Assembly: GCA_946629635.1 (NCBI GenBank)
Contig: CAMOYA010000002.1
Location: forward strand, 10,640 to 74,639
From: an uncultured Clostridia bacterium
Lineage (GTDB): Bacteria; Bacillota; Clostridia; Christensenellales; Aristaeellaceae
Reading direction: 5' to 3'
Length of the DNA stretch: 64,000 nucleotides
Position numbers and translations under genes: made by a program. The notes below the pieces were generated by a model. It made no database searches, was not told where the DNA came from, and saw only the letters and a list, made by a program, of their open reading frames with translations. Positions 18,906-27,801 of this stretch are shown one piece after another (position 1 is the first letter of the stretch; the number at the start of each line of letters is the position of its first letter).

Positions 18906-19919
18906 ATGATCTATTCTTTCGCTCTGAACAAGCATGCGAATATTCGTTATCGTGACGCTGTTTGCCGTTTGAGCCGATATGAACTGCAATCCATGCTGAA
19001 AGCCATGGGTGTGGATGCTTCCATTACCGAAGAGGAAGCCGGCGGAGCTGACTTTCTTTCCTTTGATTGCCGGGAGCTTTCCGAAGCTGAGCTGAACCGG
19101 CTTTCCCATCACAGCTGCGTGAGCTTTATGGCAGAAAATGTTTCGGGCCTGCTTCGTCCTCTCAGCCTGCAGAAAAGCCTGTACCTGCCGGAGGATCTTC
19201 CGGAGGTGCTGAAATATAAAGGGAAGACTTCAGTCCCGTTCACCCGGATGATGATTCATATGGCCCATTCCGTTTCATCATTCGCAAATGCTCCCTTTCC
19301 CGTCACGCTGATGGATCCGCTTTGCGGCAGGGGGACCGCCTGCTTCTGCGCCCTGATGGAGGGGATGAACGCCATCGGGCTCGATACGGATCAGAAGGCT
19401 CTCCGGGAAGCGGGAGACTATTTCGGACGATACCTGAAATATCACCAGCTGAAGCATGCCGTTAGCCGTCGTTCCGAGACGGTTGGCAGGGCATCGCTTC
19501 CGGTGACGGAGTTTGTCTTTGCCGATTCCAGGGAGCATTATCAGCAGGGTGAAACGCGGTCTCTTCAGCTGTCCTGCGGCGATACCGCCCTCGTCCCTGC
19601 CCTCGTGCGCCGGCATCCGGTCCATCTCATGGTTGCGGATCTCCCCTACGGTATCCAGCATGCTCCCCAGTCCGGTCAAAAACCGGAATCCTTTTCCCAG
19701 CTGCTCCGCCGGGCGATTCCTGCCTGGAAAGCCGCGCTGCTTCCCGGCGGCGCGATGGCGCTGAGCTTCAATACGCTGACGCTTCCCCGCCATACCGTCA
19801 TGTCACTGCTGGAAGAAGCGCAGCTTGTTCCTCTGAACGATGATTCTTATTCGCACCTGCGGCATGAAGTCGAGCAGGCCGTGGTGCGGGATGTCATATT
19901 CGCTGTGAAAAAACCCTGA
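18906..19919 (+). CDS. SAM-dependent methyltransferase, TRM11/UPF0020-like (substrate unknown)
   Basis: Motif I LMDPLCGRGT, motif IV-like ADLPYG and KYKGKT. RBS AAGAGG. Confidence 0.75.
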   Translation: MIYSFALNKHANIRYRDAVCRLSRYELQSMLKAMGVDASITEEEAGGADFLSFDCRELSEAELNRLSHHSCVSFMAENVSGLLRPLSLQKSLYLPEDLPEVLKYKGKTSVPFTRMMIHMAHSVSSFANAPFPVTLMDPLCGRGTACFCALMEGMNAIGLDTDQKALREAGDYFGRYLKYHQLKHAVSRRSETVGRASLPVTEFVFADSREHYQQGETRSLQLSCGDTALVPALVRRHPVHLMVADLPYGIQHAPQSGQKPESFSQLLRRAIPAWKAALLPGGAMALSFNTLTLPRHTVMSLLEEAQLVPLNDDSYSHLRHEVEQAVVRDVIFAVKKP

Positions 19920-19935
19920 AGGAGGCCTATGACTC

Positions 19936-21726
19936 ATGACTGAAAACGAACTGAAATCCATGACTGTCATCCAGCTTCGCAAGCTTGCGAAAGAGAATAA
20001 TATCACACTCGGTGCCGGCATTGACAAGGCAGGTATCATCGAAAAGCTCCTGAAGGGGACCGGTGCAGCCCCCTCTCAGGCGGAAGATTCCATGCCCGCG
20101 CCTGCTGAAAAGCCAGCGGAAACCACCGCTGCCGTCAATCCGGAACCGAAGTTTCAGGCGGCATGGCACAATACCGATGCGCCGCGCTTCAATGCGCATC
20201 CGGCGTATCAGGCGCCCGGCGTTTCCACCCGTCCCGCCTGGCAGACCACGACGCCATCCGGTCATCAGATGCCGCGGGATCAGCAGCATATGCAGCCAGT
20301 GCGTCCGGGCAGCTTTACGCCGCGATTCGGACCGGCAGCCGCCCCGTCCGTCCAGACGGAAGGTCACAGCCCCGCGGAGCGCACCGCTCCGGCACATCCG
20401 TCCGCCTCTCCCTTGCCTGATCGCAGGATCGGAGACTCCGCATCCTATACGCATCGGGTTTCCGGCAGTTTCAATCCAACGTTTACCGCTCCGGTTCATT
20501 CCCAGCCTGCGGAAAGTCCGGTCATGACGCCTGCGCCGATCCCGGAAGGCGCCGGCATCGCCACGCCAACGCTCGAGGAGCTGCTCGCTTCCGGTGACTA
20601 TGAAGAAGGGAGCGGTGTGCTGGAACTGCATCCGGACGGATACGGCTTTCTCCGGGCTCCGTCGTTCCTTCCTTCTACAAAGGATGTTTATGTCTCCATG
20701 GCGCAGATTCGCCGGTTTGGATTGCGCACCGGTGATCTGATCGAAGGGAAAATCCGGCCACAGCGCGAAGGGGACAAGTATGCCGCGCTCCTGTATATTT
20801 CAAGCATCAATGGTGTACCCGAGGAAGAAGCCTTCGCCCGTCCTGCCTTTGATGAGCTGACGCCTGTATATCCTTCCCGAAAGATCTCTCTGGAATCACG
20901 GGACGGAAAATCCATGCAGGATATGCGCCTGATTGATCTGATTGCCCCCATCGGTTTCGGCCAGCGAGGTCTGATGCTTTGCCCTCCGGGAACCGGAAAA
21001 ACAGAAGTCATCAAAAACCTTGCCCGCGTGATCACGCAGAATTATCCGGAAGCCCATGTGCTGATTCTGCTCATTGATGTGAATCCCGAGGATGCAACCA
21101 TGATGCGGGACGATGTCCCCTGCCCCGTTCTCTCCTCCAGCTTTGACCAGCCGCCGGAAGTTCATCTGCGCCTGTCGGAAATCGTTCTGGAACGGGCCAT
21201 GCGTCTGGTCGAGCAGAAGAAGGATGTCGTCATGCTGGTGGACAGCCTGACCCGCCTTGCCAAGGTATACACGACTGCTGCGGCCCAGCAGGGTCGAAGC
21301 CTTCCCGGTATGGTCAATCCAGCAAGCCTGTTCCGCGCCAAGCGCATGTTCGGAGCGGCCCGAGCCTGCAAGGAAGGCGGCAGCCTGACAGTCATTGCCG
21401 CGATGGATATCCTGACCGGAAGCCGGGTGGATGATTCCGTTGTGGAAGAATTCAAGGGAACCGCCAATATGGAACTGACATTTGACAGCAACGTTGCCCG
21501 CGCCGGGATCACTCCCGCGCTGAGTCTGCAGAACAGCTATACCAAGAATTCGGATCTTTTGCTGAACAGCCGGCAGAAGGAAGGACTGAGCCTGATCCGG
21601 ACCATGCTTGGAAACACCTCATCCGCCGCCGCGATCCCGCAGCTTGAATCCATGATGGATAAAGCGGATTCCAATGAAGAGCTCCTGCTCAAAATGAAGG
21701 ACTGGTTCGCGCTGATGAACCGCTGA
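19936..21726 (+). CDS. rho: Transcription termination factor Rho with N-terminal insertion and degenerate ATPase residues
   Basis: Rho_N helix bundle (LRKLAK), RNA-binding DGYGFLR and DVYVS, GFGQRG, P-loop PPGTGKT, DSLTRLA, FGAAR and EFKGTAN. Lies near rpmE-prmC-prfA. Confidence 0.92.
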   Translation: MTENELKSMTVIQLRKLAKENNITLGAGIDKAGIIEKLLKGTGAAPSQAEDSMPAPAEKPAETTAAVNPEPKFQAAWHNTDAPRFNAHPAYQAPGVSTRPAWQTTTPSGHQMPRDQQHMQPVRPGSFTPRFGPAAAPSVQTEGHSPAERTAPAHPSASPLPDRRIGDSASYTHRVSGSFNPTFTAPVHSQPAESPVMTPAPIPEGAGIATPTLEELLASGDYEEGSGVLELHPDGYGFLRAPSFLPSTKDVYVSMAQIRRFGLRTGDLIEGKIRPQREGDKYAALLYISSINGVPEEEAFARPAFDELTPVYPSRKISLESRDGKSMQDMRLIDLIAPIGFGQRGLMLCPPGTGKTEVIKNLARVITQNYPEAHVLILLIDVNPEDATMMRDDVPCPVLSSSFDQPPEVHLRLSEIVLERAMRLVEQKKDVVMLVDSLTRLAKVYTTAAAQQGRSLPGMVNPASLFRAKRMFGAARACKEGGSLTVIAAMDILTGSRVDDSVVEEFKGTANMELTFDSNVARAGITPALSLQNSYTKNSDLLLNSRQKEGLSLIRTMLGNTSSAAAIPQLESMMDKADSNEELLLKMKDWFALMNR

Positions 21727-21743
21727 AAGGGGACTGCAATCCC

Positions 21744-23354
21744 ATGGATTCCATCTACGTAATCGGTCATAAAAACCCTGATACGGATGCCATCGTATCC
21801 GCGATGGCATACGCCGCTCTGAACAATTCGCTGGGTGAGAACAATTATGTTGCCGCACGGATCGGCCATCTGAACACTGAAACATCCTTCCTGCTGGATC
21901 GATTTGGATTCAAGCCTCCCGTATATCTGCGTTCCGTCCGCACCCAGCTTTCCGATATCGATTATGATACGCCGCCTTCTCTCGGCCAGGCTGTACCGGT
22001 CTCCTATGCATGGAAAATGCTGCATACACAGGCCAACAGCGTATCCGGTCTCCCGATCACCTACGAGGACGGCACCATCTACGGAATGGTGACCGGAGGA
22101 AGAATTGCGGAACAGGACATGGAATCGGTCAACTGTCCGATCGTTGAGCGGATCCCCGTCTTCAACCTGCTCAGCGCCCTGGAGGGGCATATCATCAATC
22201 AGGAAACGGACTTCTTCGATGAAATCTCCGGCGAAATCATCATTCCCGTTTCCGCATCTGATGATATCCTTCCGGGCATGATCGTTCTGTGCGGTACGGA
22301 TCCGGCAATTGCCAACCGGGCGATCGAATGCGGTGCTTCCTGTCTGATCTTCTGCCGCAGCGAGCTGGCGGAGCAATACCGGGGACGTTCCTCCAGCACA
22401 TGCATGATCACGACCACCCTGGATGCATACCGGGCCGCCCGGATGATTTTCCAGGCTGTTCCCGTCGGAAGAATTGCCTTTACGGAGAGCCTCGTCTTTT
22501 TTCACCTCAGTGATTATCTGGATGATGTGCGCGATACCGTGCTCAAAAGCCGTTTCCGGACGTATCCGGTCCTGAACGAGGAGGAAAAAGTCGTCGGAAC
22601 GATCTCCCGCTATCACCTGATTTCCCCCCGCAGGAAAAAAATCGTTCTGGTCGACCACAATGAGATCGGCCAGTCCGTTTCCGGGCTGGATCAGGCGGAG
22701 ATTATCGGGATCATTGACCACCACCGCCTGGCTGACGTGCAGACCGGCAGTCCCGTTTTCATGCGGAACGAACCGATCGGATCCACGACATCCATTATCG
22801 CTTCCATGTATCAGGAACGCGGCCTGATGCCTTCACCGAAGCTGGCCGGGCTGATGGCCGCCGCCATCATCTCCGATACGGTCATGTTCAAAAGCCCAAC
22901 CTGCACCCCCAAGGACAGGCAGCTGGCGGAGCGCCTTGCGCGGCATGCCGGCGTCGATCCGGAAGAGCTCGGCAAGGCGATGTTTTCCCGTGGTGCGTCC
23001 GCCGACAAGCCCGTGGAGGCGCTGGTTCGCGGAGATCAGAAGGAATTCCACCTGGGAAGTCATTCCCTGGCGATTTCCCAGATTACGACCGTGGATCCCG
23101 AGCAGTTCCTGGCCCGAAAGGATGAAATTATCAAAGAGATGGAAAAGGAACGCGCGGAGGGGCACTATGATCTGATGATGATGATGATCACCAATGTGCT
23201 GAAAGCCGGCACGGAGCTTCTGTTTGTCGGCGATCCGGACGCAATCAAGAACGCCTTCAATATTGATCATGTGCAGGATCACCATGTATTCCTGGCCAAC
23301 GTGCTGAGCCGGAAGAAGCAGATCGTACCAGCGATGTCCCAGATATGGGGATAA
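21744..23354 (+). CDS. ppaC: Manganese-dependent inorganic pyrophosphatase with CBS-DRTGG insert
   Basis: GHKNPDTDA, LVDHNE, IDHHR (DHH), IISDT and SRKKQIVP. Confidence 0.93.
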   Translation: MDSIYVIGHKNPDTDAIVSAMAYAALNNSLGENNYVAARIGHLNTETSFLLDRFGFKPPVYLRSVRTQLSDIDYDTPPSLGQAVPVSYAWKMLHTQANSVSGLPITYEDGTIYGMVTGGRIAEQDMESVNCPIVERIPVFNLLSALEGHIINQETDFFDEISGEIIIPVSASDDILPGMIVLCGTDPAIANRAIECGASCLIFCRSELAEQYRGRSSSTCMITTTLDAYRAARMIFQAVPVGRIAFTESLVFFHLSDYLDDVRDTVLKSRFRTYPVLNEEEKVVGTISRYHLISPRRKKIVLVDHNEIGQSVSGLDQAEIIGIIDHHRLADVQTGSPVFMRNEPIGSTTSIIASMYQERGLMPSPKLAGLMAAAIISDTVMFKSPTCTPKDRQLAERLARHAGVDPEELGKAMFSRGASADKPVEALVRGDQKEFHLGSHSLAISQITTVDPEQFLARKDEIIKEMEKERAEGHYDLMMMMITNVLKAGTELLFVGDPDAIKNAFNIDHVQDHHVFLANVLSRKKQIVPAMSQIWG

Positions 23355-23376
23355 TATTTCCTGCAGTCATCATCCG

Positions 23377-24318
23377 TTATTCATGGACTTCTTCCGTATC
23401 CAGCAGATCTCCCGTATAATCGAAGCGTGCGATCAGATAGCCATCCTCCATGCCGGATCTGTATCGGATGCGGATGGAATCCTCGCCCAGTTCAATCGCG
23501 GCAGGATCATACAGTTCCGGATCATCCATCGAAGCGATCCACAGCACTTTGCCTTCCTGGGTAATGGCAACAGGATGATTCCCGTCGGATCCGACAATAT
23601 ACATATAGCCGTTATCGCCCACCGCTGTAACGGCACAATCTCCGATCGGACAGTCAGCGATACTGACTGTCCATTTTTCGGAACCGCTGAGCAGATCGAT
23701 CATGGTCAGTCCAAAACCGCCGTTGCAGATCAGAACCTGGGGATCCATCTCCGTCCCGCCGATAAACGTGCTGAGCATCGGTTTCTGATTCTGGGTCTCG
23801 ACCGTTTCAATATGTCCCCACAGGGGCTCTCCTTCAAGGAAACAGCCGGTCCGCATGATCTCGGTTCTCGTCTTCCCTTCCGTGACATATTCCCGAACCG
23901 CCTTGACGGAAATGTTGAAATCCTTCCAGTCCAGAATCATCTCGCCGTTGCCGTTCAGTTCATCCAGTGTCATTTTCTGAGTCGTCGCGCTGGTCACGGG
24001 AGGCTCCATCTCAGGCGCTTTTTTCAGATACTGCAGAAGAATATAGCCGCAGTGGCCTTCATATTCGGCATAGACGAAGCTCTTTTTCTCCCGAATGGTC
24101 TTACAATTGTAAACCACCGCATCCAGCGGAACCTTGGCCAGTGCAGCCGCCGTCTTGTAGGGTTCTTCCCTGAGCGTAACGTATTCTTTGCAGTTCACAA
24201 CGCGCATCGCTCCGATGTATCGGTGATCCTTCTCCACCGGAACCCGGTCCCCCAGCGCCATGGAAGCAGAGAAAAGCATCCATAAGGCAAACAGAAAAGA
24301 AAACAGACGTTTGTTCAT
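23377..24318 (-). CDS. Secreted SH3b-domain protein
   Basis: Signal peptide, then an SH3b-like segment (VVNCKEYVTLREEP...AEYEGHCGYIL) and an acidic beta-rich C-terminus. Confidence 0.7.
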   Translation of the reverse strand: MNKRLFSFLFALWMLFSASMALGDRVPVEKDHRYIGAMRVVNCKEYVTLREEPYKTAAALAKVPLDAVVYNCKTIREKKSFVYAEYEGHCGYILLQYLKKAPEMEPPVTSATTQKMTLDELNGNGEMILDWKDFNISVKAVREYVTEGKTRTEIMRTGCFLEGEPLWGHIETVETQNQKPMLSTFIGGTEMDPQVLICNGGFGLTMIDLLSGSEKWTVSIADCPIGDCAVTAVGDNGYMYIVGSDGNHPVAITQEGKVLWIASMDDPELYDPAAIELGEDSIRIRYRSGMEDGYLIARFDYTGDLLDTEEVHE

Positions 24319-24397
24319 ATTTCTACTCTTCTCCTTGTCATTCCCGATTGAACATCATTATTTTACAGCAAAAGCACCGATTTCACAATACGCGGAT

Positions 24398-24432
24398 AAA
24401 AAAAAGAGTGCCTATCACAGCACTCTCTTTTT
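24398..24432 (-). terminator. Intrinsic terminator after rpmE
   Basis: Stem AGAGTGC/GCACTCT flanked by an A8 run (U tail on minus strand) and a T run. Confidence 0.75.
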
Positions 24433-24433
24433 C

Positions 24434-24634
24434 TTACTCGATATTGAAACGCTTCTTGAAGCGATCAACACGTCCGCCAGTGTCAACCAGCTTCTGCTTA
24501 CCGGTGTAGAAAGGATGGCACTTGGAGCAGATATCCACCTTCATCTCTTTCTTGGTAGAGCCGGTCTCAAAAGTTTCACCGCACACGCAGCGAACTACGC
24601 ACTTGCCGTACTGGGGATGGATGTTTTCCTTCAT
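24434..24634 (-). CDS. rpmE: 50S ribosomal protein L31 (zinc-binding type)
   Basis: MKENIHPQY...CVCG...[15 protein letters not shown]...GGRVDRF. RBS AGAGGTG. Confidence 0.97.
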   Translation of the reverse strand: MKENIHPQYGKCVVRCVCGETFETGSTKKEMKVDICSKCHPFYTGKQKLVDTGGRVDRFKKRFNIE

Positions 24635-24683
24635 TGCTGTTTCACCTCTTTCGCGTATGCAATGGCGGTAAACCGCAAAACCT

Positions 24684-24712
24684 ATGATACCATAACCATC
24701 TTTGTTTTGCAA
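24684..24712 (-). promoter_or_regulatory. sigmaA promoter of rpmE
   Basis: Minus strand TTGCAA-17 nt-TATCAT with extended -10 TG. Confidence 0.6.
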
Positions 24713-24817
24713 CCTTTTTTTTGAACAATGTGAAAGTTTCGTGAAATGAAAGGGTTCCTCCCGCATATGTCGAATTCAGTATTTCGTTGATATTGTCGAT
24801 GTGGAGGTTTATCCTGA

Positions 24818-25885
24818 ATGAATAAAAACGCGCAAGAACATCCGCAGAAATTTGACGTGGGAGGCCAGGCCGTTCTCGAAGGGGTCATGATGCGCTCCCC
24901 CAACGCCACTGCCGTGACCGTCCGCCGTCCGGACGGAACGATGGTCACCAAGCTGACCCCCTTCGTCCCGCTGAAGGAAAAGCATCCCTGGATGGGAAAG
25001 CCCTTCATTCGGGGTGTCATCAATATGGGTACCATGCTCTATTACGGAATGAATACGCTGGAAGATTCCACAAAAATGCTGGGCCTGCTGGATGAGGAGC
25101 CGACCCGATTTGAACTCTGGTTATCCAGGAAGCTCGGCAAGGGCGTCGACAAGATCGTGATGGCCGTTGCAATCGTGTTGGCCGTCATTCTTGCGTTGGC
25201 GCTGTTTATGGCACTTCCCGCCGGGATCGAATCGCTGCTCATCTCCGCCGGCGCTACCCCGATCGTATATACGCTGACAGGCGGCGTGGTCAAGATTCTG
25301 CTGCTGATTGGCTATATGCTGTTCTGTGGCCTGGTGCCCGACGTTCGCCGCACTTTTCAGTATCATGGTGCAGAGCACAAATCCGTGCACTGTCATGAAT
25401 CCGGCAAACCGTTGACGCCTGCGAACGCGCAGACCTTTTCGCGCCTGCACCCCCGCTGCGGAACCGCTTTCCTGCTGATCGTCTTCATGGTCAGCATCCT
25501 GCTGTTTCTGGTTCTGAATGTCATCTTCCCGATTTCCAATTATTTTCTCCGGTTTCTGTTCCATCTTGCAATGCTTCCCATCGTGGCCGGCGTCAGCTAT
25601 GAAGTGCTGATGGGCCTGGCGCACTCCTCGAGCAAAACAGCCTGCATCCTTCGCTGGCCCGGAATGCAGATGCAGCGGCTGACGACCCGGGAGCCGGATG
25701 AATCCATGCTTGAATGTGCCATTACTTCCATCAACGTCGTACTGAACGGGTTCCCCGAAGGCTGCCGGATGACGCCGGAAGGATGGGGTGTTTTCAACAG
25801 CTACAGGGAATCGGAGCCCGGATATACTGTATCTGAAACAGCGCGTGAAGAAAACAGTGAAAAGGACGGAGGGACCTCCGTCTGA
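24818..25885 (+). CDS. DUF1385 membrane protein
   Basis: GGQAVLEGVMM, YHGAEHK, HPRCGT and LTTREP. Usual position before prmC-prfA. Confidence 0.9.
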   Translation: MNKNAQEHPQKFDVGGQAVLEGVMMRSPNATAVTVRRPDGTMVTKLTPFVPLKEKHPWMGKPFIRGVINMGTMLYYGMNTLEDSTKMLGLLDEEPTRFELWLSRKLGKGVDKIVMAVAIVLAVILALALFMALPAGIESLLISAGATPIVYTLTGGVVKILLLIGYMLFCGLVPDVRRTFQYHGAEHKSVHCHESGKPLTPANAQTFSRLHPRCGTAFLLIVFMVSILLFLVLNVIFPISNYFLRFLFHLAMLPIVAGVSYEVLMGLAHSSSKTACILRWPGMQMQRLTTREPDESMLECAITSINVVLNGFPEGCRMTPEGWGVFNSYRESEPGYTVSETAREENSEKDGGTSV

Positions 25886-26721
25886 TGACTCCGCGCGAAC
25901 TGATCCATCAGACCGCATCCGCCTTTCGGGACGCAGGCATTCCGGATCCGGATTATGATGCTTCTCTGCTGCTGGCGAATCTTTTGCACCGTCCGCCCCT
26001 CTCCCTTCGGCTGGACTCGGACACGGCGCTTCAGAATGACGTAATCGAAGCGTATTGTGTTCTGTGCGCGCGGCGGCTCGGGAGGGAGCCCCTTCAATAC
26101 ATTCTGAGGGAAGCGCCTTTCATGGGGGCCATGCTCCGCGTGGATCCGCGGGTTCTGATCCCCCGGCCGGAGACAGAGCTGCTATGCGAATGGGCGCTGG
26201 CAGAAATGGAAAACATCGATCATCCGCGCGTGCTGGATCTGTGTTGCGGCAGCGGATGCATCGGGCTGAGCATCCGGAAGGCGCGCCCGGATGCCGAAGT
26301 GTTTCTGTCCGACATTTCCCCGGATGCGCTGGATGTCGCAACAATGAACGCACGGGAACTCGGACTCCGGGTTGTCTGTACAGCCGGAGATCTGTTCACG
26401 GGTGTACCGGGTCAGAAGTTCCATCTGATCATCTCCAATCCCCCATATATTCCCTCTGCCGAATGCAGCATGCTTCAGGAGGAGGTGCTCCGGGAGCCCC
26501 GGCTCGCGCTGGATGGCGGGACGGATGGATTGGTTTTCTATCGCCGCATCTGCGGCGAAGCCCCCGATCATCTGTATCCGGGTGGCATGCTGATCATGGA
26601 GCTGGGAGACGGTGAAGCGATTCCCGTAAAGCAGCTGATGCTGGATGCCGGTTTCATTGACCCGGTGATCCGCCAAGATCTGTGCGGCCGCGAAAGAATG
26701 ATTTTGGGCCGTGTATCCTGA
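25885..26721 (+). CDS. prmC: Release factor glutamine methyltransferase
   Basis: EPLQYI, VLIPRPETE, DLCCGSG and SNPPY. Confidence 0.96.
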   Translation: MTPRELIHQTASAFRDAGIPDPDYDASLLLANLLHRPPLSLRLDSDTALQNDVIEAYCVLCARRLGREPLQYILREAPFMGAMLRVDPRVLIPRPETELLCEWALAEMENIDHPRVLDLCCGSGCIGLSIRKARPDAEVFLSDISPDALDVATMNARELGLRVVCTAGDLFTGVPGQKFHLIISNPPYIPSAECSMLQEEVLREPRLALDGGTDGLVFYRRICGEAPDHLYPGGMLIMELGDGEAIPVKQLMLDAGFIDPVIRQDLCGRERMILGRVS

Positions 26722-26736
26722 TGGAGGATTTGATAC

Positions 26737-27801
26737 ATGTTTGAAAAGCTGGAAGCGATACACGACCGGTATCTTGAACTGTCTGCAGAGATCGCCTCCC
26801 CGGAAACAATTCAGGATTATCCCCGGTATCAGGCCTGCCTGAAGGAAATGTCTTCCATCGAGCCAACCGTTCACGCCTATGAAAAGTACCAGCTCATTGA
26901 GAAGGAAATCCGGGAGGCAAAACAGCTGCTGAACGATTCGGATCTGCACGGCGAAGCGGAAGCGGAACTGAAGGATCTCGCTGTCCGACGGGATGAAATC
27001 ATCGGGGAGCTCAGGCTGATGCTGGTTCCGCCGGATCCGATGGACAGCAGAAACATCATCATGGAAATCCGTGCCGGCGTCGGCGGTGAAGAAGCAGCGC
27101 TTTTTGCCGGGGATCTGATGAGAATGTACCTGAAGTATGCGGACCGTGCAGGACTGAGCAGTTCGATTCTTTCCCTGAGCGATACCGATCTGGGCGGCGT
27201 CAATGAAGCCCTGATCATGATCACCGGGAAGGATGCATATGCGCGGCTGAAATTCGAGAGCGGAACGCACTGCGTCAAGCGTGTACCCGCCACGGAAAGC
27301 GGCGGCAGGATCCATACTTCCACCGCCACGGTGGCCGTCCTTCCCGAGGCGGAGGACATGGAAATTGAAATCAATCCCAATGATCTTCGGATCGATGTTT
27401 ATCATGCATCCGGCCACGGCGGTCAGGGCGTCAATACGACAGACAGCGCTGTCCGGATCACGCATATCCCTACGGGAACCGTCGTAACATGTCAGGATGA
27501 AAGAAGTCAGCTTGAGAATAAGGCGAAGGCACTGAAGGTGCTTCGTTCCCGTCTGCTGGATCAGCTGCGTGCCCGTCAGGAGGCGGATATCGCAGCCGAC
27601 CGCCGGTCCCAGATCCGCAGCGGCGACCGCAGCGACCGAATTCGGACCTATTATTTCAATCACGATTTTGTCGTCGATCATCGGATCGGAATGACCCTGA
27701 ACCGCACCGCCAACGTCCTGAACGGCGATCTCGAAACGCTGATCGACGCATTGCGGCTGGCAGAGAAAACGGAGAAAATGAATGACAGACTATCAGAATA
27801 A
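26737..27801 (+). CDS. prfA: Peptide chain release factor 1 (divergent codon-reading region)
   Basis: EIRAGVGGEEAALF, PAT (PxT) motif, GGQ, QDERSQ and GDRSDRIRTY. Confidence 0.96.
   Translation: MFEKLEAIHDRYLELSAEIASPETIQDYPRYQACLKEMSSIEPTVHAYEKYQLIEKEIREAKQLLNDSDLHGEAEAELKDLAVRRDEIIGELRLMLVPPDPMDSRNIIMEIRAGVGGEEAALFAGDLMRMYLKYADRAGLSSSILSLSDTDLGGVNEALIMITGKDAYARLKFESGTHCVKRVPATESGGRIHTSTATVAVLPEAEDMEIEINPNDLRIDVYHASGHGGQGVNTTDSAVRITHIPTGTVVTCQDERSQLENKAKALKVLRSRLLDQLRARQEADIAADRRSQIRSGDRSDRIRTYYFNHDFVVDHRIGMTLNRTANVLNGDLETLIDALRLAEKTEKMNDRLSE

Noticed and set aside
19929-19943. Mini-ORF ATG-ACT-CAT-GAC-TGA overlapping the rho start
   Set aside because: Its ATG is only 3 nt from the GGAGG, while the rho ATG has normal spacing. 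Probably chance.
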